Assembly: GCA_964585685.1 (NCBI GenBank) | Contig: CAZPEP010000044.1 | Location: forward strand, 5,458 to 69,457 | Length of the DNA stretch: 64,000 nt | Direction: 5' to 3' | From: an uncultured Eubacteriales bacterium | GTDB lineage: Bacteria; Acidobacteriota; Aminicenantia; Aminicenantales; Saccharicenantaceae | Part shown: in pieces, positions 40,854 through 50,357 of the stretch | Layout of the letters: every line of letters begins with the position of its first letter | Position numbering within the stretch: position 1 is the stretch's first letter | Position numbers and translations under genes: made by a program | Notes under the pieces: model-generated | What the model saw: the letters and a program-made list of their open reading frames with translations, nothing else | What the model was told of the DNA's origin: nothing | Databases searched by the model: none

Positions 40854-41925
40854 AGCTCGGGCCGAAGCCGGCCGCTCTCTGACCATCGCCGTCTGTGCGC
40901 CTCAGGTGCCTTTCGTCAGCGGCGGAGCCGAGGAGCACGTGGCCTCCCTGTGCCGGGAGTTGCGCGTCCGGGGTCACCGGGTGGAGCTGATCACCCTCCC
41001 TTACAAATGGTATCCCCGGGCCCAGTTATGGCGCAGCATGAAGATGTGGGAAATGGCCGACCTGAGCGAAGCGAACGGTCTCAAGATCGACCTGGTCATC
41101 GCCACCAAGTTTCCGTCCTATTTCGTTCACCACAGCCGCCAGGTGCTGTGGCTAATCCATCAATACCGTCAACTCTACGATCTCTACGGCACCCCGTATT
41201 CGGAATACACTCCGAACCGGTGGCGCGACCGTCGGCTCCACCGCCGCTTCGTGGCCCGCGATACAGCCGCGCTTGCCCGTTTTGCCAAACGTTTCACCAA
41301 TTCGGACAACACCCGGCAACGGATGTACAGATACAACGGGTTGGAGGCCGAGACCCTCTACCACCCCCCCAAGCTGGCCGATCGCCTTCAATGTCTGGAA
41401 TACGGCGATTACATTCTTTCGGTGGGCCGTTTGGACCAGCTCAAGAGGACCGAAGGCCTGATCCATGCTTTGGCGCGGACGAAGTCTGCGGTCCGGGCCG
41501 TGATCGCCGGAACCGGGCCCGAAGAGCACGGCCTCAAGCAGCTGACCCGTGACCTGGGCCTTACGGCGCGGGTGGAGTTTCCCGGATATGTCGATGACGA
41601 TCGTCTGATCGACCTTTATGGCCGCTGCCTGGCCGTTTTTTTCGCTCCGCTCGACGAGGATTACGGGTACGTCACCTTGGAGGCCTTCCTAGCCGCCAAA
41701 CCCGTTCTGACCTGCAGCGACTCCGGCGGGTCCTTGGAATTCGTGGCTCACGAACGGAACGGGTTCGTTCTGCCGCCCGGAGATTGGGCCGCGGCGGCTT
41801 CCTGCATCGACCGCCTCTACCGCGACCGTGAGCTCTGCCGGAGCCTGGGCGCAACCGGCAGGGCAGCGGTGAGCGCCCTCACGTGGGATCATGTGCTTAC
41901 CCGATTGCTGGAGGGAGCGGTATGA
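40837..41925 (+). CDS. Glycosyltransferase family 4
   Basis: GT-B fold. C-terminal EX7E-type region (TLEAFLAAKPVLTCSDSGGSLEFVAHERNGFV). Confidence 0.8.
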   Translation: MAPAAEARAEAGRSLTIAVCAPQVPFVSGGAEEHVASLCRELRVRGHRVELITLPYKWYPRAQLWRSMKMWEMADLSEANGLKIDLVIATKFPSYFVHHSRQVLWLIHQYRQLYDLYGTPYSEYTPNRWRDRRLHRRFVARDTAALARFAKRFTNSDNTRQRMYRYNGLEAETLYHPPKLADRLQCLEYGDYILSVGRLDQLKRTEGLIHALARTKSAVRAVIAGTGPEEHGLKQLTRDLGLTARVEFPGYVDDDRLIDLYGRCLAVFFAPLDEDYGYVTLEAFLAAKPVLTCSDSGGSLEFVAHERNGFVLPPGDWAAAASCIDRLYRDRELCRSLGATGRAAVSALTWDHVLTRLLEGAV

Positions 41926-43124
41926 AGATCGCCTGGTTCAGCCCGCTTTCCCCCGTACCGAGCGGTATCGCCGATTATAGCGAAGAGCTGCTGCCGAGCC
42001 TCGCCCGGCATGCGAGCATCGATATCTATATCGACCCCTCCTACACCCCGAGCAATGCCGGGATCGCCCGTTCTTTCTCCATCCGGCCGTTCGACCCGAG
42101 GGCTTTCAAGGCCGAGGATTATGACCGCATCGTGTATCATATGGGCAACGACTTCTTGGCCCACCGCTATATCCATGAAGCCATGCTGCGCTTTCCCGGG
42201 GTGGTAGTCCTCCACGATCTCGTGCTGATGGGCTTCTACGCCGCCCGCCAGGGTGCCGGCAGGGACTTCCCCGGCTTCATCCGCTTCCTGCAGCAGTTGT
42301 ACCCGGATAAAGCGGCTTGGATAGGAGAGCAGTGTGCCGGTCGCTACCCCTTTCCGCTCTGGGAAAGCAGGATGGCGCTGCAACTGCCGATGAACGAAGA
42401 GGTCTGCCGCCTGGCCGCGGGCGTCATCGCCCATTCCCATTACGTCATGGCACGGCTCTGGCTGCAGGACGGAAAACCCGCCGCCGTCATCCCCCACCAT
42501 GGCCACCCCACCCATCCCTTCGACCGGGAGGCGATTCGGGCCGGGCTCGGCGTGAAGCCAGAACAGATCTTCCTCGTCTCCACCGGATATGTCACCCGCA
42601 ATAAGCGCTATGGCCTGGTGTTGGACGTATTGAAGGAGCTGGGCCGGCCCGACCTGAGCTACCTGATCGTGGGCCGCGACGACGACGGCATTTTGCCGCG
42701 GATGCTGAACACCGGCCGGCCTGACGTGCAAACCCGGGGATTCGCGCCCTTGGCGGAGTTGGAACAGATGATCGCCGCCTGCGATATCGGCATAAACCTG
42801 CGCAATCCCACCATGGGCGAAAGCTCCGGATCTCTCCTGCGCATGATGAGCTACGGCCGGCCGGTCATCGTGAGCGACAGTGGTTCCTACAGCGAGATTC
42901 CCGATCATTGTGCCGTCAAGATCGATACCGGGATCGATGAAAAGGAAATGCTCAAAGATTTCATCGTTGCCCTGGCCGATGGCCCCGACTTGCGGGCCGC
43001 CCTGGGCCGCGAGGCGGCGCGCTATGCCGGCGAAACATGCGGCATCGACCGTTGTGCCGACATGTACGCAGCGTTTCTGCGCGACATGCAACCCGTGCGC
43101 CCGGCGCGGAGGGAACCTCGATGA
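41922..43124 (+). CDS. Glycosyltransferase family 4
   Basis: Start at MKIAWFS (41922; the ORF-track start is over-extended). GESSGSLLRMMSYGRPVIVSD donor-binding motif. Confidence 0.75.
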   Translation: MKIAWFSPLSPVPSGIADYSEELLPSLARHASIDIYIDPSYTPSNAGIARSFSIRPFDPRAFKAEDYDRIVYHMGNDFLAHRYIHEAMLRFPGVVVLHDLVLMGFYAARQGAGRDFPGFIRFLQQLYPDKAAWIGEQCAGRYPFPLWESRMALQLPMNEEVCRLAAGVIAHSHYVMARLWLQDGKPAAVIPHHGHPTHPFDREAIRAGLGVKPEQIFLVSTGYVTRNKRYGLVLDVLKELGRPDLSYLIVGRDDDGILPRMLNTGRPDVQTRGFAPLAELEQMIAACDIGINLRNPTMGESSGSLLRMMSYGRPVIVSDSGSYSEIPDHCAVKIDTGIDEKEMLKDFIVALADGPDLRAALGREAARYAGETCGIDRCADMYAAFLRDMQPVRPARREPR

Positions 43125-43648
43125 GCGAGATGAATCAGAACAAAACGGACATCAGCGGGAGGCTGCAGGGACTGCGCCGGGAATTCGCCCTCCGGGCGGA
43201 AGGGGCCGGAACCATCGAAGCCATTGCCGGCGGCCCGGTGGACCGCGATCTTCCGCCGGATTACTGGGGCTTTACCGATGAAGACTTGGAAAACGAACTT
43301 TGGAACCGCCTCCTCGAGTTGGACCGGGCCCCGCTTGACCCGGCTCAGGCCATGGATATCCCGCCCGGCAGCCTTTCACCGGCCAAGCACGGTCTATCGG
43401 GAAAGATCAAAGGCGGATTCAAGAACCTTCTGCTGCAGCTGGCCAAGCCCCTGGTGCGTATTACGCTGGCGAGGCAAGGCAATCTGAACCGCCAACTCGA
43501 ACACCTCCAATTCATCCAGTTCCTGGCGGTCAAGCAACTGCGTCAGCGCCTGCAGCGGCTGGAACGTGAGAATCGCGATCTGCGCTTCCGCTTGGCCGAA
43601 CTGGAAATCGAGAATGCCCCCGATGGAGAGACCTCCGGCCATGAGTGA
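43121..43648 (+). CDS. Coiled-coil protein (about 175 aa) with C-terminal recurrent module
   Basis: Start MSEMNQ overlaps the preceding GT4 stop as ATGA. C-terminal LARQGNLNRQLEHLQ ... RLERENRDLRFRLAELE coiled coil. Confidence 0.5.
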   Translation: MSEMNQNKTDISGRLQGLRREFALRAEGAGTIEAIAGGPVDRDLPPDYWGFTDEDLENELWNRLLELDRAPLDPAQAMDIPPGSLSPAKHGLSGKIKGGFKNLLLQLAKPLVRITLARQGNLNRQLEHLQFIQFLAVKQLRQRLQRLERENRDLRFRLAELEIENAPDGETSGHE

Positions 43649-45032
43649 GCGTTCCCCGGCCGAACGGCCGGCCCGACATGCTCCGGCAGGGCGGGTTTGG
43701 GAAAAGGCATTTCTGAAGCGGATCGCCGAACAGGGACAGGCGGGAACCTGGGAATACGCGCGGGCCATCACCGAGTGCCTGCAAACTTCGGTGGCGAGCT
43801 CCGACCTGTTGGACCGGATCGGCAACGCCATTGCCGATCGCGCAGGTCTTCGCACCGCCATCAATACCGTCGACCTCTGCCAGCTGCTGCTCGGACTGAG
43901 AAAGCCGCGCATCGCCATCTACGACCACACCTGGCAGTTCATCGGCGGGGCGCAGAAATACGGCGCCACGCTGGCCGAAGCCTTGCAGGATATGGGCGAG
44001 ATCACCTTGATCGGAAATCGCCCCTTCTCCACCGAGCAGCTGTCCGCCTGGTACCGGCTGGATCTCAAGGATTGCTCCAGCCGCCTGATAGCCCTCCCCT
44101 TTTTCGAGGAAAAGGGCGGTGATTATATCGATCCCGCCGAGATCGTCTCGCGCGCCATGGCCAATCCGTTTCATGCCGTCAGCCGGGCGACTCTGGGCTA
44201 CGACCTCTTCATCAACAATGGCATGTTGGAAATGGTCTTGCCCCTGGCCACCCGCTCTATCTTCATCACTCACTTCCCGGAACGGCGGGCGCGCAGCTAT
44301 TTCTACGTGGACCGCTACGACCGCGTTGTGTGCAACAGCCGCTATACCGCCGGCTGGATCGAAAAGCGTTGGGGGCTCGAACCCCATGTTCAAATCTATC
44401 CCCCCGTCGACATGCCGGGGCCGCGCCCTGAAAACAAGGAGCCGATCATCCTGTCGGCAGCGCGCTTCGATCCCGGGGGGAACAAGCAACAGCTCGACAT
44501 GATCCGCGTTCTTCAAGCGCTCATCCGCCGTCACGCCCGGGCCAGCCGCGGCTGGCGCTTGATCCTTGCCGGCGGCAGCCATGGCGATAACCCATATCTC
44601 CATCAGGTACAACAGTTCCTGACGGACAACCCTGGTCTGCCGGTGGAGCTGCGGGTGAACATCTCGGCGGCCGAGCTTCAGGAATTGTATCGCCGGGCCT
44701 CCCTGTTCTGGCATTTCTGCGGTCTGGGACAAAGCGACCCGGCCCTTGTGGAGCATTTCGGCATGACCGTTGCCGAGGCTATGCAGAGCGGCTGCATTCC
44801 CCTGGTCTTCGATGGCGGCGGCATGCGCGAGATCGTCCGATCCGCAGAGAATGGCTATCTTTTCTCAAGCCTCGTCGAATTGGTCGGCGTCACCGCCAGG
44901 CTGTTCGACAGGCCCGCGTTGCGTGCCAACCTGGCCGAGGCGGCCTGGAACGCCGGACGGGCTTTCGCTAAAGAGATTTTCGCCGGACGCGTGCGGGCCC
45001 TGGTCCGGGAGCTGCTGGCCCCGGCGCCATAA
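43641..45032 (+). CDS. Glycosyltransferase family 4
   Basis: Start MSERSP overlaps the previous stop as ATGA. EHFGMTVAEAMQSGCIPLVFDGGG motif. Confidence 0.75.
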   Translation: MSERSPAERPARHAPAGRVWEKAFLKRIAEQGQAGTWEYARAITECLQTSVASSDLLDRIGNAIADRAGLRTAINTVDLCQLLLGLRKPRIAIYDHTWQFIGGAQKYGATLAEALQDMGEITLIGNRPFSTEQLSAWYRLDLKDCSSRLIALPFFEEKGGDYIDPAEIVSRAMANPFHAVSRATLGYDLFINNGMLEMVLPLATRSIFITHFPERRARSYFYVDRYDRVVCNSRYTAGWIEKRWGLEPHVQIYPPVDMPGPRPENKEPIILSAARFDPGGNKQQLDMIRVLQALIRRHARASRGWRLILAGGSHGDNPYLHQVQQFLTDNPGLPVELRVNISAAELQELYRRASLFWHFCGLGQSDPALVEHFGMTVAEAMQSGCIPLVFDGGGMREIVRSAENGYLFSSLVELVGVTARLFDRPALRANLAEAAWNAGRAFAKEIFAGRVRALVRELLAPAP

Positions 45033-45114
45033 GCTACCCAAGGACACCCCTCTTTCAAGGCTCTGGCCTTTTTAGGATGGACTGGAGGCGGCTGTTTGTG
45101 CTATATTTTATAAG

Positions 45115-46083
45115 ATGAACATAACAGGACGGATAGAGATTTCCTTGGTCATCCCCGTCTATAACGAGGAGGAAAGCCTCCCCGAGCTTTATGAACAGCT
45201 CGGCCGGGTCTGCCCCGGCCTGGGGAAACATTACGAGATCATATTTGTCGACGACGGGAGCACCGATGGCTCTTTCGAGGTCCTGACGCGCCTCCGGGCG
45301 GGAGACCCGCGGGTCAAGATCATCCGGTTCCGGAGGAACTTCGGCCAGACGGCCGCCCTGGCCGCAGGGTTCGACAACGCCCGGGGGGAGGTCATCGTCA
45401 CCCTGGACGCCGACCTCCAGAACGATCCCGCCGATATCGCCGCCCTCATCGGGAAGATCGACGAAGGCTTCGACATCGTCTCGGGTTGGAGGAAAAACCG
45501 GAAGGACCGGTTCCTGTCCCGGAGACTCCCCTCCATCCTGGCGAACCGCCTCATCTCCCGATTCACGGGGGTCAAGCTTCACGATTACGGCTGCACGCTC
45601 AAGGCCTTCCGTAAGGAAGTCGTCAAGAACATCAGCCTCTACGGCGAGCTTCACCGGTTCATCCCGGCCATCGCCAGCACGATGGGCGTCTCCATCGCCG
45701 AGATCGAGGTCCGCCACCGGCCCCGCCTGAAGGGCAAGTCCAAGTACAATATCATGAGGACCCCCAAGGTCCTCCTGGACCTCCTAACGGTCAAGTTCCT
45801 CCTGAGCTATTCGACCCGCCCCCTGCAGATCTTCGGCCTGTTCGGCATGGCCGGCGGCCTGGCGGGCGGGGTCATGGGCCTCTGGCTTTCGTACGAGAGG
45901 CTCGTCCTCAAGCACAGTATCGCCAACCGGCCCCTGCTCCTCCTGGCTGTTCTGCTTGTCGTCATCGGCATCCAGTTCATCACTCTCGGCCTCCTGGCCG
46001 AGATCATGGTCCGCGCCTACCACGAATCCTCCGCTAAGAAGATCTACCACATCAAGGAAACCGTCGAATCCGACCGGCCATGA
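45115..46083 (+). CDS. GT2 polyprenyl-phosphate glycosyltransferase (ArnC/GtrB-like) with two C-terminal TM helices
   Basis: SLVIPVYNEEESL, DDGSTDGS and DADLQNDP (DXD) motifs. C-terminal membrane anchor. Preceded by an AT-rich promoter-like gap (45033..45114). Confidence 0.85.
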   Translation: MNITGRIEISLVIPVYNEEESLPELYEQLGRVCPGLGKHYEIIFVDDGSTDGSFEVLTRLRAGDPRVKIIRFRRNFGQTAALAAGFDNARGEVIVTLDADLQNDPADIAALIGKIDEGFDIVSGWRKNRKDRFLSRRLPSILANRLISRFTGVKLHDYGCTLKAFRKEVVKNISLYGELHRFIPAIASTMGVSIAEIEVRHRPRLKGKSKYNIMRTPKVLLDLLTVKFLLSYSTRPLQIFGLFGMAGGLAGGVMGLWLSYERLVLKHSIANRPLLLLAVLLVVIGIQFITLGLLAEIMVRAYHESSAKKIYHIKETVESDRP

Positions 46084-47246
46084 AGATCCTCATGCTCGCC
46101 CCCGAGCCGTTCTTCCAGCCTCGGGGAACCCCCATAAGCGTCTATTTCCGGAACGCAGCGCTCACCGCCCTCGGCCATGAAGTCGACCTCGTCACCTACC
46201 CCCTGGGCGAGGACGTAAAGATGGCCAATCTAAGGATCTTCCGCTTGCCGAACTTCCTCTGCCTCGGAAAGATCAAGATTGGCCCCTCTGCCGCCAAAGT
46301 CCCGCTCGACGTGGCCCTCACCCTGAAGGCCCTCGGCCTGATCCTCCGTTCGCGCTATGACCTCGTCTACTCCCACGAGGAAGCGGCTTTCCCCGGCATC
46401 CTCCTGAGCAAGCTCGCCCGTATTCCCCATCTCTACGACATGCACTCGAGCCTGCCCCAGCAGCTCGAAAACTTCGAGTTCACGAGATCGCCCCTGCTCA
46501 AACGGCTCTTCACCCGCATGGAGCGATTCATTCTCAGGAACTCGCACGCTGTCATCGTGATCTGCCCCGACCTCATGAACAAGGTCCGGGCCGAGGGCTT
46601 CGGAGACAAGACCATCCTCATCGAGAACGTCCTCGATTTCCCCGCCCCTGAAACCGGCCCGGGAGAGTTCGAGCTCATGAAGCGCGAACTGGCCCCCGGC
46701 GGCGAAAAGATCATCCTTTACGCCGGGAACTTCGGGCCTTATCAAGGTGTGTCGCTGCTCGTCGAAGCCGCGGCCCATATCCGGGAGAAGGCTATCCTCG
46801 TCCTTCTCGGCGGGAGCCCGGCCGAACGGGCGGAACTCGAGACCAAAGCCGCCGGGCTCGGCGTTGCGGACCGGGTCGTCGTCCTCGACAGGGTCGCCCC
46901 CACCCGCGTCCCGCTGTTCGTGAAGGCCGCCGACGTCCTCGTCTCGCCTAGGATGACGGGCACGAACACGCCCCTGAAGATTTATTCCTTCCTCAAGTCG
47001 GGCAAGCCGCTCGTCGCGACGCGGCTCTATACACACACCCAGGTCCTAGACGACACGATCTCCGTCCTGGTCGAGGCGACGCCGGAGGCCATGGCCGCAG
47101 GGTTGGATTTCGCGCTGACGGACCCGGAAGCGGGGCGGCGGGCCGCGGCGGCCGCGGCGCTCGCGAAGCGGGAATACACGTTCGCGGCCTACCGGGACAG
47201 GATCGTTCGATGTCTCGGGATGGCCATGGAGAACTTCGGGCGGTAG
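46080..47246 (+). CDS. Glycosyltransferase family 4
   Basis: GT-B fold; ILYAGNFGPYQG ... SPRMTGTNTPLKIYSFLKSGKPLVAT. Confidence 0.8.
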   Translation: MKILMLAPEPFFQPRGTPISVYFRNAALTALGHEVDLVTYPLGEDVKMANLRIFRLPNFLCLGKIKIGPSAAKVPLDVALTLKALGLILRSRYDLVYSHEEAAFPGILLSKLARIPHLYDMHSSLPQQLENFEFTRSPLLKRLFTRMERFILRNSHAVIVICPDLMNKVRAEGFGDKTILIENVLDFPAPETGPGEFELMKRELAPGGEKIILYAGNFGPYQGVSLLVEAAAHIREKAILVLLGGSPAERAELETKAAGLGVADRVVVLDRVAPTRVPLFVKAADVLVSPRMTGTNTPLKIYSFLKSGKPLVATRLYTHTQVLDDTISVLVEATPEAMAAGLDFALTDPEAGRRAAAAAALAKREYTFAAYRDRIVRCLGMAMENFGR

Positions 47247-47256
47247 GAGCCTTCGG

Positions 47257-48225
47257 ATGCAGGCATTCGTCACGGGCGCGTCCGGATTCATCGGGGCCCA
47301 TCTCGTCCGCCGCCTGGCGGCGGGCGGTTGGAAGGTCCGCGTTCTTGTCCATACGAGTCCCGTTTCTCTCGTCCCGGGCCTCGAGACCGTCTACGGCGAT
47401 ATCCGAGACCCCGGCTCCTGGAAGGAAGCCCTCGCGGGGACGAACGTCCTCTTCCATTTGGCGGCGGCCCTCGGCTCTTCCCGCCTCTCCGGGGACGAGT
47501 TCCTGAAGATCAACGCCCTGGGAACGGAAGCCCTCCTCGGGGCGGCTCAGGAAACCGGCGTCGGAAAGACCGTCCACGTCAGTTCGGCCGGCGTCATCGG
47601 TGCGGTCAAGCCCGGGGCGATCGCAGATGAAGGCATGTCTCCGAACCCCCGGAACGACTACGACCGGAGCAAGGTCGAGGCGGAACGGATCGCCATGGAC
47701 TTCGCGGGGCGCGGGATGGACCTCGTCATCGCCCGGCCCGGCTGGGTTTACGGACCCGGTGACCACCGGACCTTAAAGATCATCAAGGCCGTCGCCGACC
47801 GCCGGTTCGCCCTCGTCGCGCCGGACCACGGCCGGCAAACCCCCGTCTTCATCGGCGATCTTGTCGACGGCCTCCTGCTCGCGGCCGAAAAAGGAAAACG
47901 CGGGGAGATCTATCACCTGACGGGAGACGAGGTGCTCACGGTCCGCCGCATGGCCGCGGTCCTCGCAGACGCCTGCGGCGTCCCGGTCCCGAAGCTGCGC
48001 ATCCCCGTGCTTCCGGCGAAGCTCGCCGCCTGGGCGCTCGAAAAGGCCTTCGCGCCATTCGGGAGGGAAGCCCCGCTCAACCGGTCGAGGCTTGCCTTCT
48101 TCATCCACCCCAAAGCTCTGTCGAACGAAAAGGCCCGGCGCGAGCTCGGCTTCCGGCCGGAAGTCGATTTCCGGACGGGGATGGCCCGGGCGGTCGCCTG
48201 GTACCGGCAGCAGGGCTGGCTATAG
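47257..48225 (+). CDS. NAD-dependent epimerase/dehydratase (extended SDR)
   Basis: VTGASGFIGAHL Rossmann motif. YxxxK catalytic pair (YDRSK). Confidence 0.85.
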   Translation: MQAFVTGASGFIGAHLVRRLAAGGWKVRVLVHTSPVSLVPGLETVYGDIRDPGSWKEALAGTNVLFHLAAALGSSRLSGDEFLKINALGTEALLGAAQETGVGKTVHVSSAGVIGAVKPGAIADEGMSPNPRNDYDRSKVEAERIAMDFAGRGMDLVIARPGWVYGPGDHRTLKIIKAVADRRFALVAPDHGRQTPVFIGDLVDGLLLAAEKGKRGEIYHLTGDEVLTVRRMAAVLADACGVPVPKLRIPVLPAKLAAWALEKAFAPFGREAPLNRSRLAFFIHPKALSNEKARRELGFRPEVDFRTGMARAVAWYRQQGWL

Positions 48226-48383
48226 GCCGACCCGGTCCCGTCTCTAGTTCTTTTCACGGAAAAGAAGACCTCTTTTTCATCTGAATTTCCAATCTACCAA
48301 CCGAATCGAACAAGATATGAACACCACGGGGATTTGGGAGCATCAAACTAAAGTAAGGTTAGAGGCCTAGGATTCGGAGCTCG

Positions 48384-49139
48384 TCAGGCCCCGGGGTCGC
48401 GGCGGTCATGGATCTTGAGTTGGCGCACACCGCGGGCGAAGGAAAATTCGGGAACGGGCCCCGTGACCACCGACCCGGCTCCGACGACGCTGCTCCGGCC
48501 GACGGTGACGCCGTCGAGGACGAGGACGCCCGCCCCGAGCCAAACGTCGTCGTCGATCCGGATCCCGTTCTTCGAGAGCGACGGCTGGAACATGACGGGC
48601 TTCGCGAGGTCCGCAAAACTGTGGTTGCCGCCGGCCACGAGGTAGCAATTTCCGGCCAGGATGCAGTATTTCCCGAGGCGCACCTCGGTCTCCGAGAGGA
48701 TCGTGCAGTTGGCAGAGACGTTGCAGTAATCCCCCAAGTATATGGACCCTTCCTTGCAACTCAGGATGGCGTTCCGGCCGATGTAGGCGTTCTCCCCGAT
48801 GACGATGCCCTCGTTCGCCGAGCCCTTGGCGTCGAGGACCGCGCGGTCGTCGACGAATGTCCCAGCGCCGACACTGATCTTGTGGGGATGGCGGATAGTG
48901 ATCCCCCTGCCGAAGACGCACCCTTTCCCGACCGACTTGAAGAGGCACGGATAGAAGACCTTCCGGAGGAAATAGCCGAAGGCGCCCGGGGCGTCGGACA
49001 CGCACGACGTGACGAACTCATACTTGAGGAGGCTCCAGATTCCCTTCCGGCCAGGGAAGATCTCCATGTATTTAGCGGTCAGGGACCGGTCCCCTGCCAG
49101 GAGCTCCTTATGGATGCTGCCGCGGAATTCTTCGTTCAC
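48384..49139 (-). CDS. Hexapeptide-repeat (left-handed beta-helix) acetyltransferase, WcaF-like
   Basis: Repeated [LIV]-G-x-x-x-x hexapeptides (IGENAYIGRNAILS ...). Encoded antisense to the surrounding plus-strand GT operon. Confidence 0.8.
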   Translation of the reverse strand: MNEEFRGSIHKELLAGDRSLTAKYMEIFPGRKGIWSLLKYEFVTSCVSDAPGAFGYFLRKVFYPCLFKSVGKGCVFGRGITIRHPHKISVGAGTFVDDRAVLDAKGSANEGIVIGENAYIGRNAILSCKEGSIYLGDYCNVSANCTILSETEVRLGKYCILAGNCYLVAGGNHSFADLAKPVMFQPSLSKNGIRIDDDVWLGAGVLVLDGVTVGRSSVVGAGSVVTGPVPEFSFARGVRQLKIHDRRDPGA

Positions 49140-49191
49140 GCTCCACCTCTGTTCGTGATCCCGGCATCATTATAACACGGGGCCGAGCCGA

Positions 49192-50352
49192 TTGTCTTCG
49201 CAGGGGAAATATGGCATAAATAGGGGCGGAAACGCCGCCATGACGAGCCCCATCAACAACGACTGCGCCCATTTCCGCGGGGATAAGCCCTGCGGGTTCA
49301 AGCGTCTCTGCGGGGATTGTCCCGAATACGACCCTCTCGGCGCGCGGACGAAGGTCCTCGTCCTCAAGTGCCGGGCCCAGGGAGACGTCCTGAGGACGAC
49401 CGCCCTCCTGCCGGGTCTAAAGCGGAAGTACCCAAGGGGCCACGTCACCTGGCTCGTGGACGGCGAGAGCATCGATCTCCTGGTGGGCAATCCGCTCGTG
49501 GACGCCGTCCTCCCCTTCGGGTTGGAAGCGACCCTGCCGCTCGAGGTTCGGGAATTCGACGTCCTCGTCTGCCTCGATAAGGAACCGGGGATAGCGGCCC
49601 TCGCGACGAAGGTCCGGGCCGTACGAAAGTACGGGTTCGGGATGAACGCCCATGGGAACCTCTCGGCCTTCAACGATGCCGCGGCCTATGCCCTGCGGCT
49701 GGGGATCGACGACGACCTCAAGTACCGGACGAACCTGAAGACCTACCAGGAGATCGCGGCCGAGGCGGCGGAGGTCGAATACGCACGGGACGAATACGTC
49801 TACGAGCTCGGGGACGAAGAAAAGCGGAAGGCCCGGGAGTTCATGAAGACGCATGGCATCGACGCCTCCCGGCCGACCGTCGGGCTCAACACGGGCGCGG
49901 GAACGAAATTCGAGACCAAGCAATGGCCGGCGGAGCACTATCGGGAGCTCGTCCGCGGCCTGGCCGATGAGCTCGGCGCGAACGTATTCCTCCTTGGCGG
50001 ACCAAGGGAAGAGGCGCTTAACACGACCATCACCGCGGGGGCTCCGCCTCGGGTCTACAACACCGGAAACAGCCACTCTCTTCCCGACTTCGCCGGCTTT
50101 ATCTCCCTGATGGACGTCCTCGTCACCTCGGATACGCTGGGCATGCACCTGGCCATCGCCTTGAAAAAGAAAGTCGTTGCCCTGTTCGGCCCGACCTGCC
50201 CTCAGGAGATCGACCTCTATGATCGCGGCGTGAAGCTCTTCACGGGGGCCGCGTGCGCTCCGTGCTACAAACAGACCTGCCCGGATGCCGTCTGCATGAA
50301 GGGGATCCGGCCGGACCGGGTCCTCGAAGAGGTCGGGCGCCTTATCGCCTGA
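49192..50352 (+). CDS. Glycosyltransferase family 9 (heptosyltransferase-like) with Cys-rich N- and C-terminal extensions
   Basis: GT9 core (KVLVLKCRAQGDVLRTTALLPGLK ... TSDTLGMHLAIAL). N-terminal CX8CX5CX2C cluster. C-terminal CAPCYKQTCPDAVC. Start probably MTSPINN (about 49240). Confidence 0.75.
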   Translation: MSSQGKYGINRGGNAAMTSPINNDCAHFRGDKPCGFKRLCGDCPEYDPLGARTKVLVLKCRAQGDVLRTTALLPGLKRKYPRGHVTWLVDGESIDLLVGNPLVDAVLPFGLEATLPLEVREFDVLVCLDKEPGIAALATKVRAVRKYGFGMNAHGNLSAFNDAAAYALRLGIDDDLKYRTNLKTYQEIAAEAAEVEYARDEYVYELGDEEKRKAREFMKTHGIDASRPTVGLNTGAGTKFETKQWPAEHYRELVRGLADELGANVFLLGGPREEALNTTITAGAPPRVYNTGNSHSLPDFAGFISLMDVLVTSDTLGMHLAIALKKKVVALFGPTCPQEIDLYDRGVKLFTGAACAPCYKQTCPDAVCMKGIRPDRVLEEVGRLIA

Positions 50353-50357
50353 ACGTC

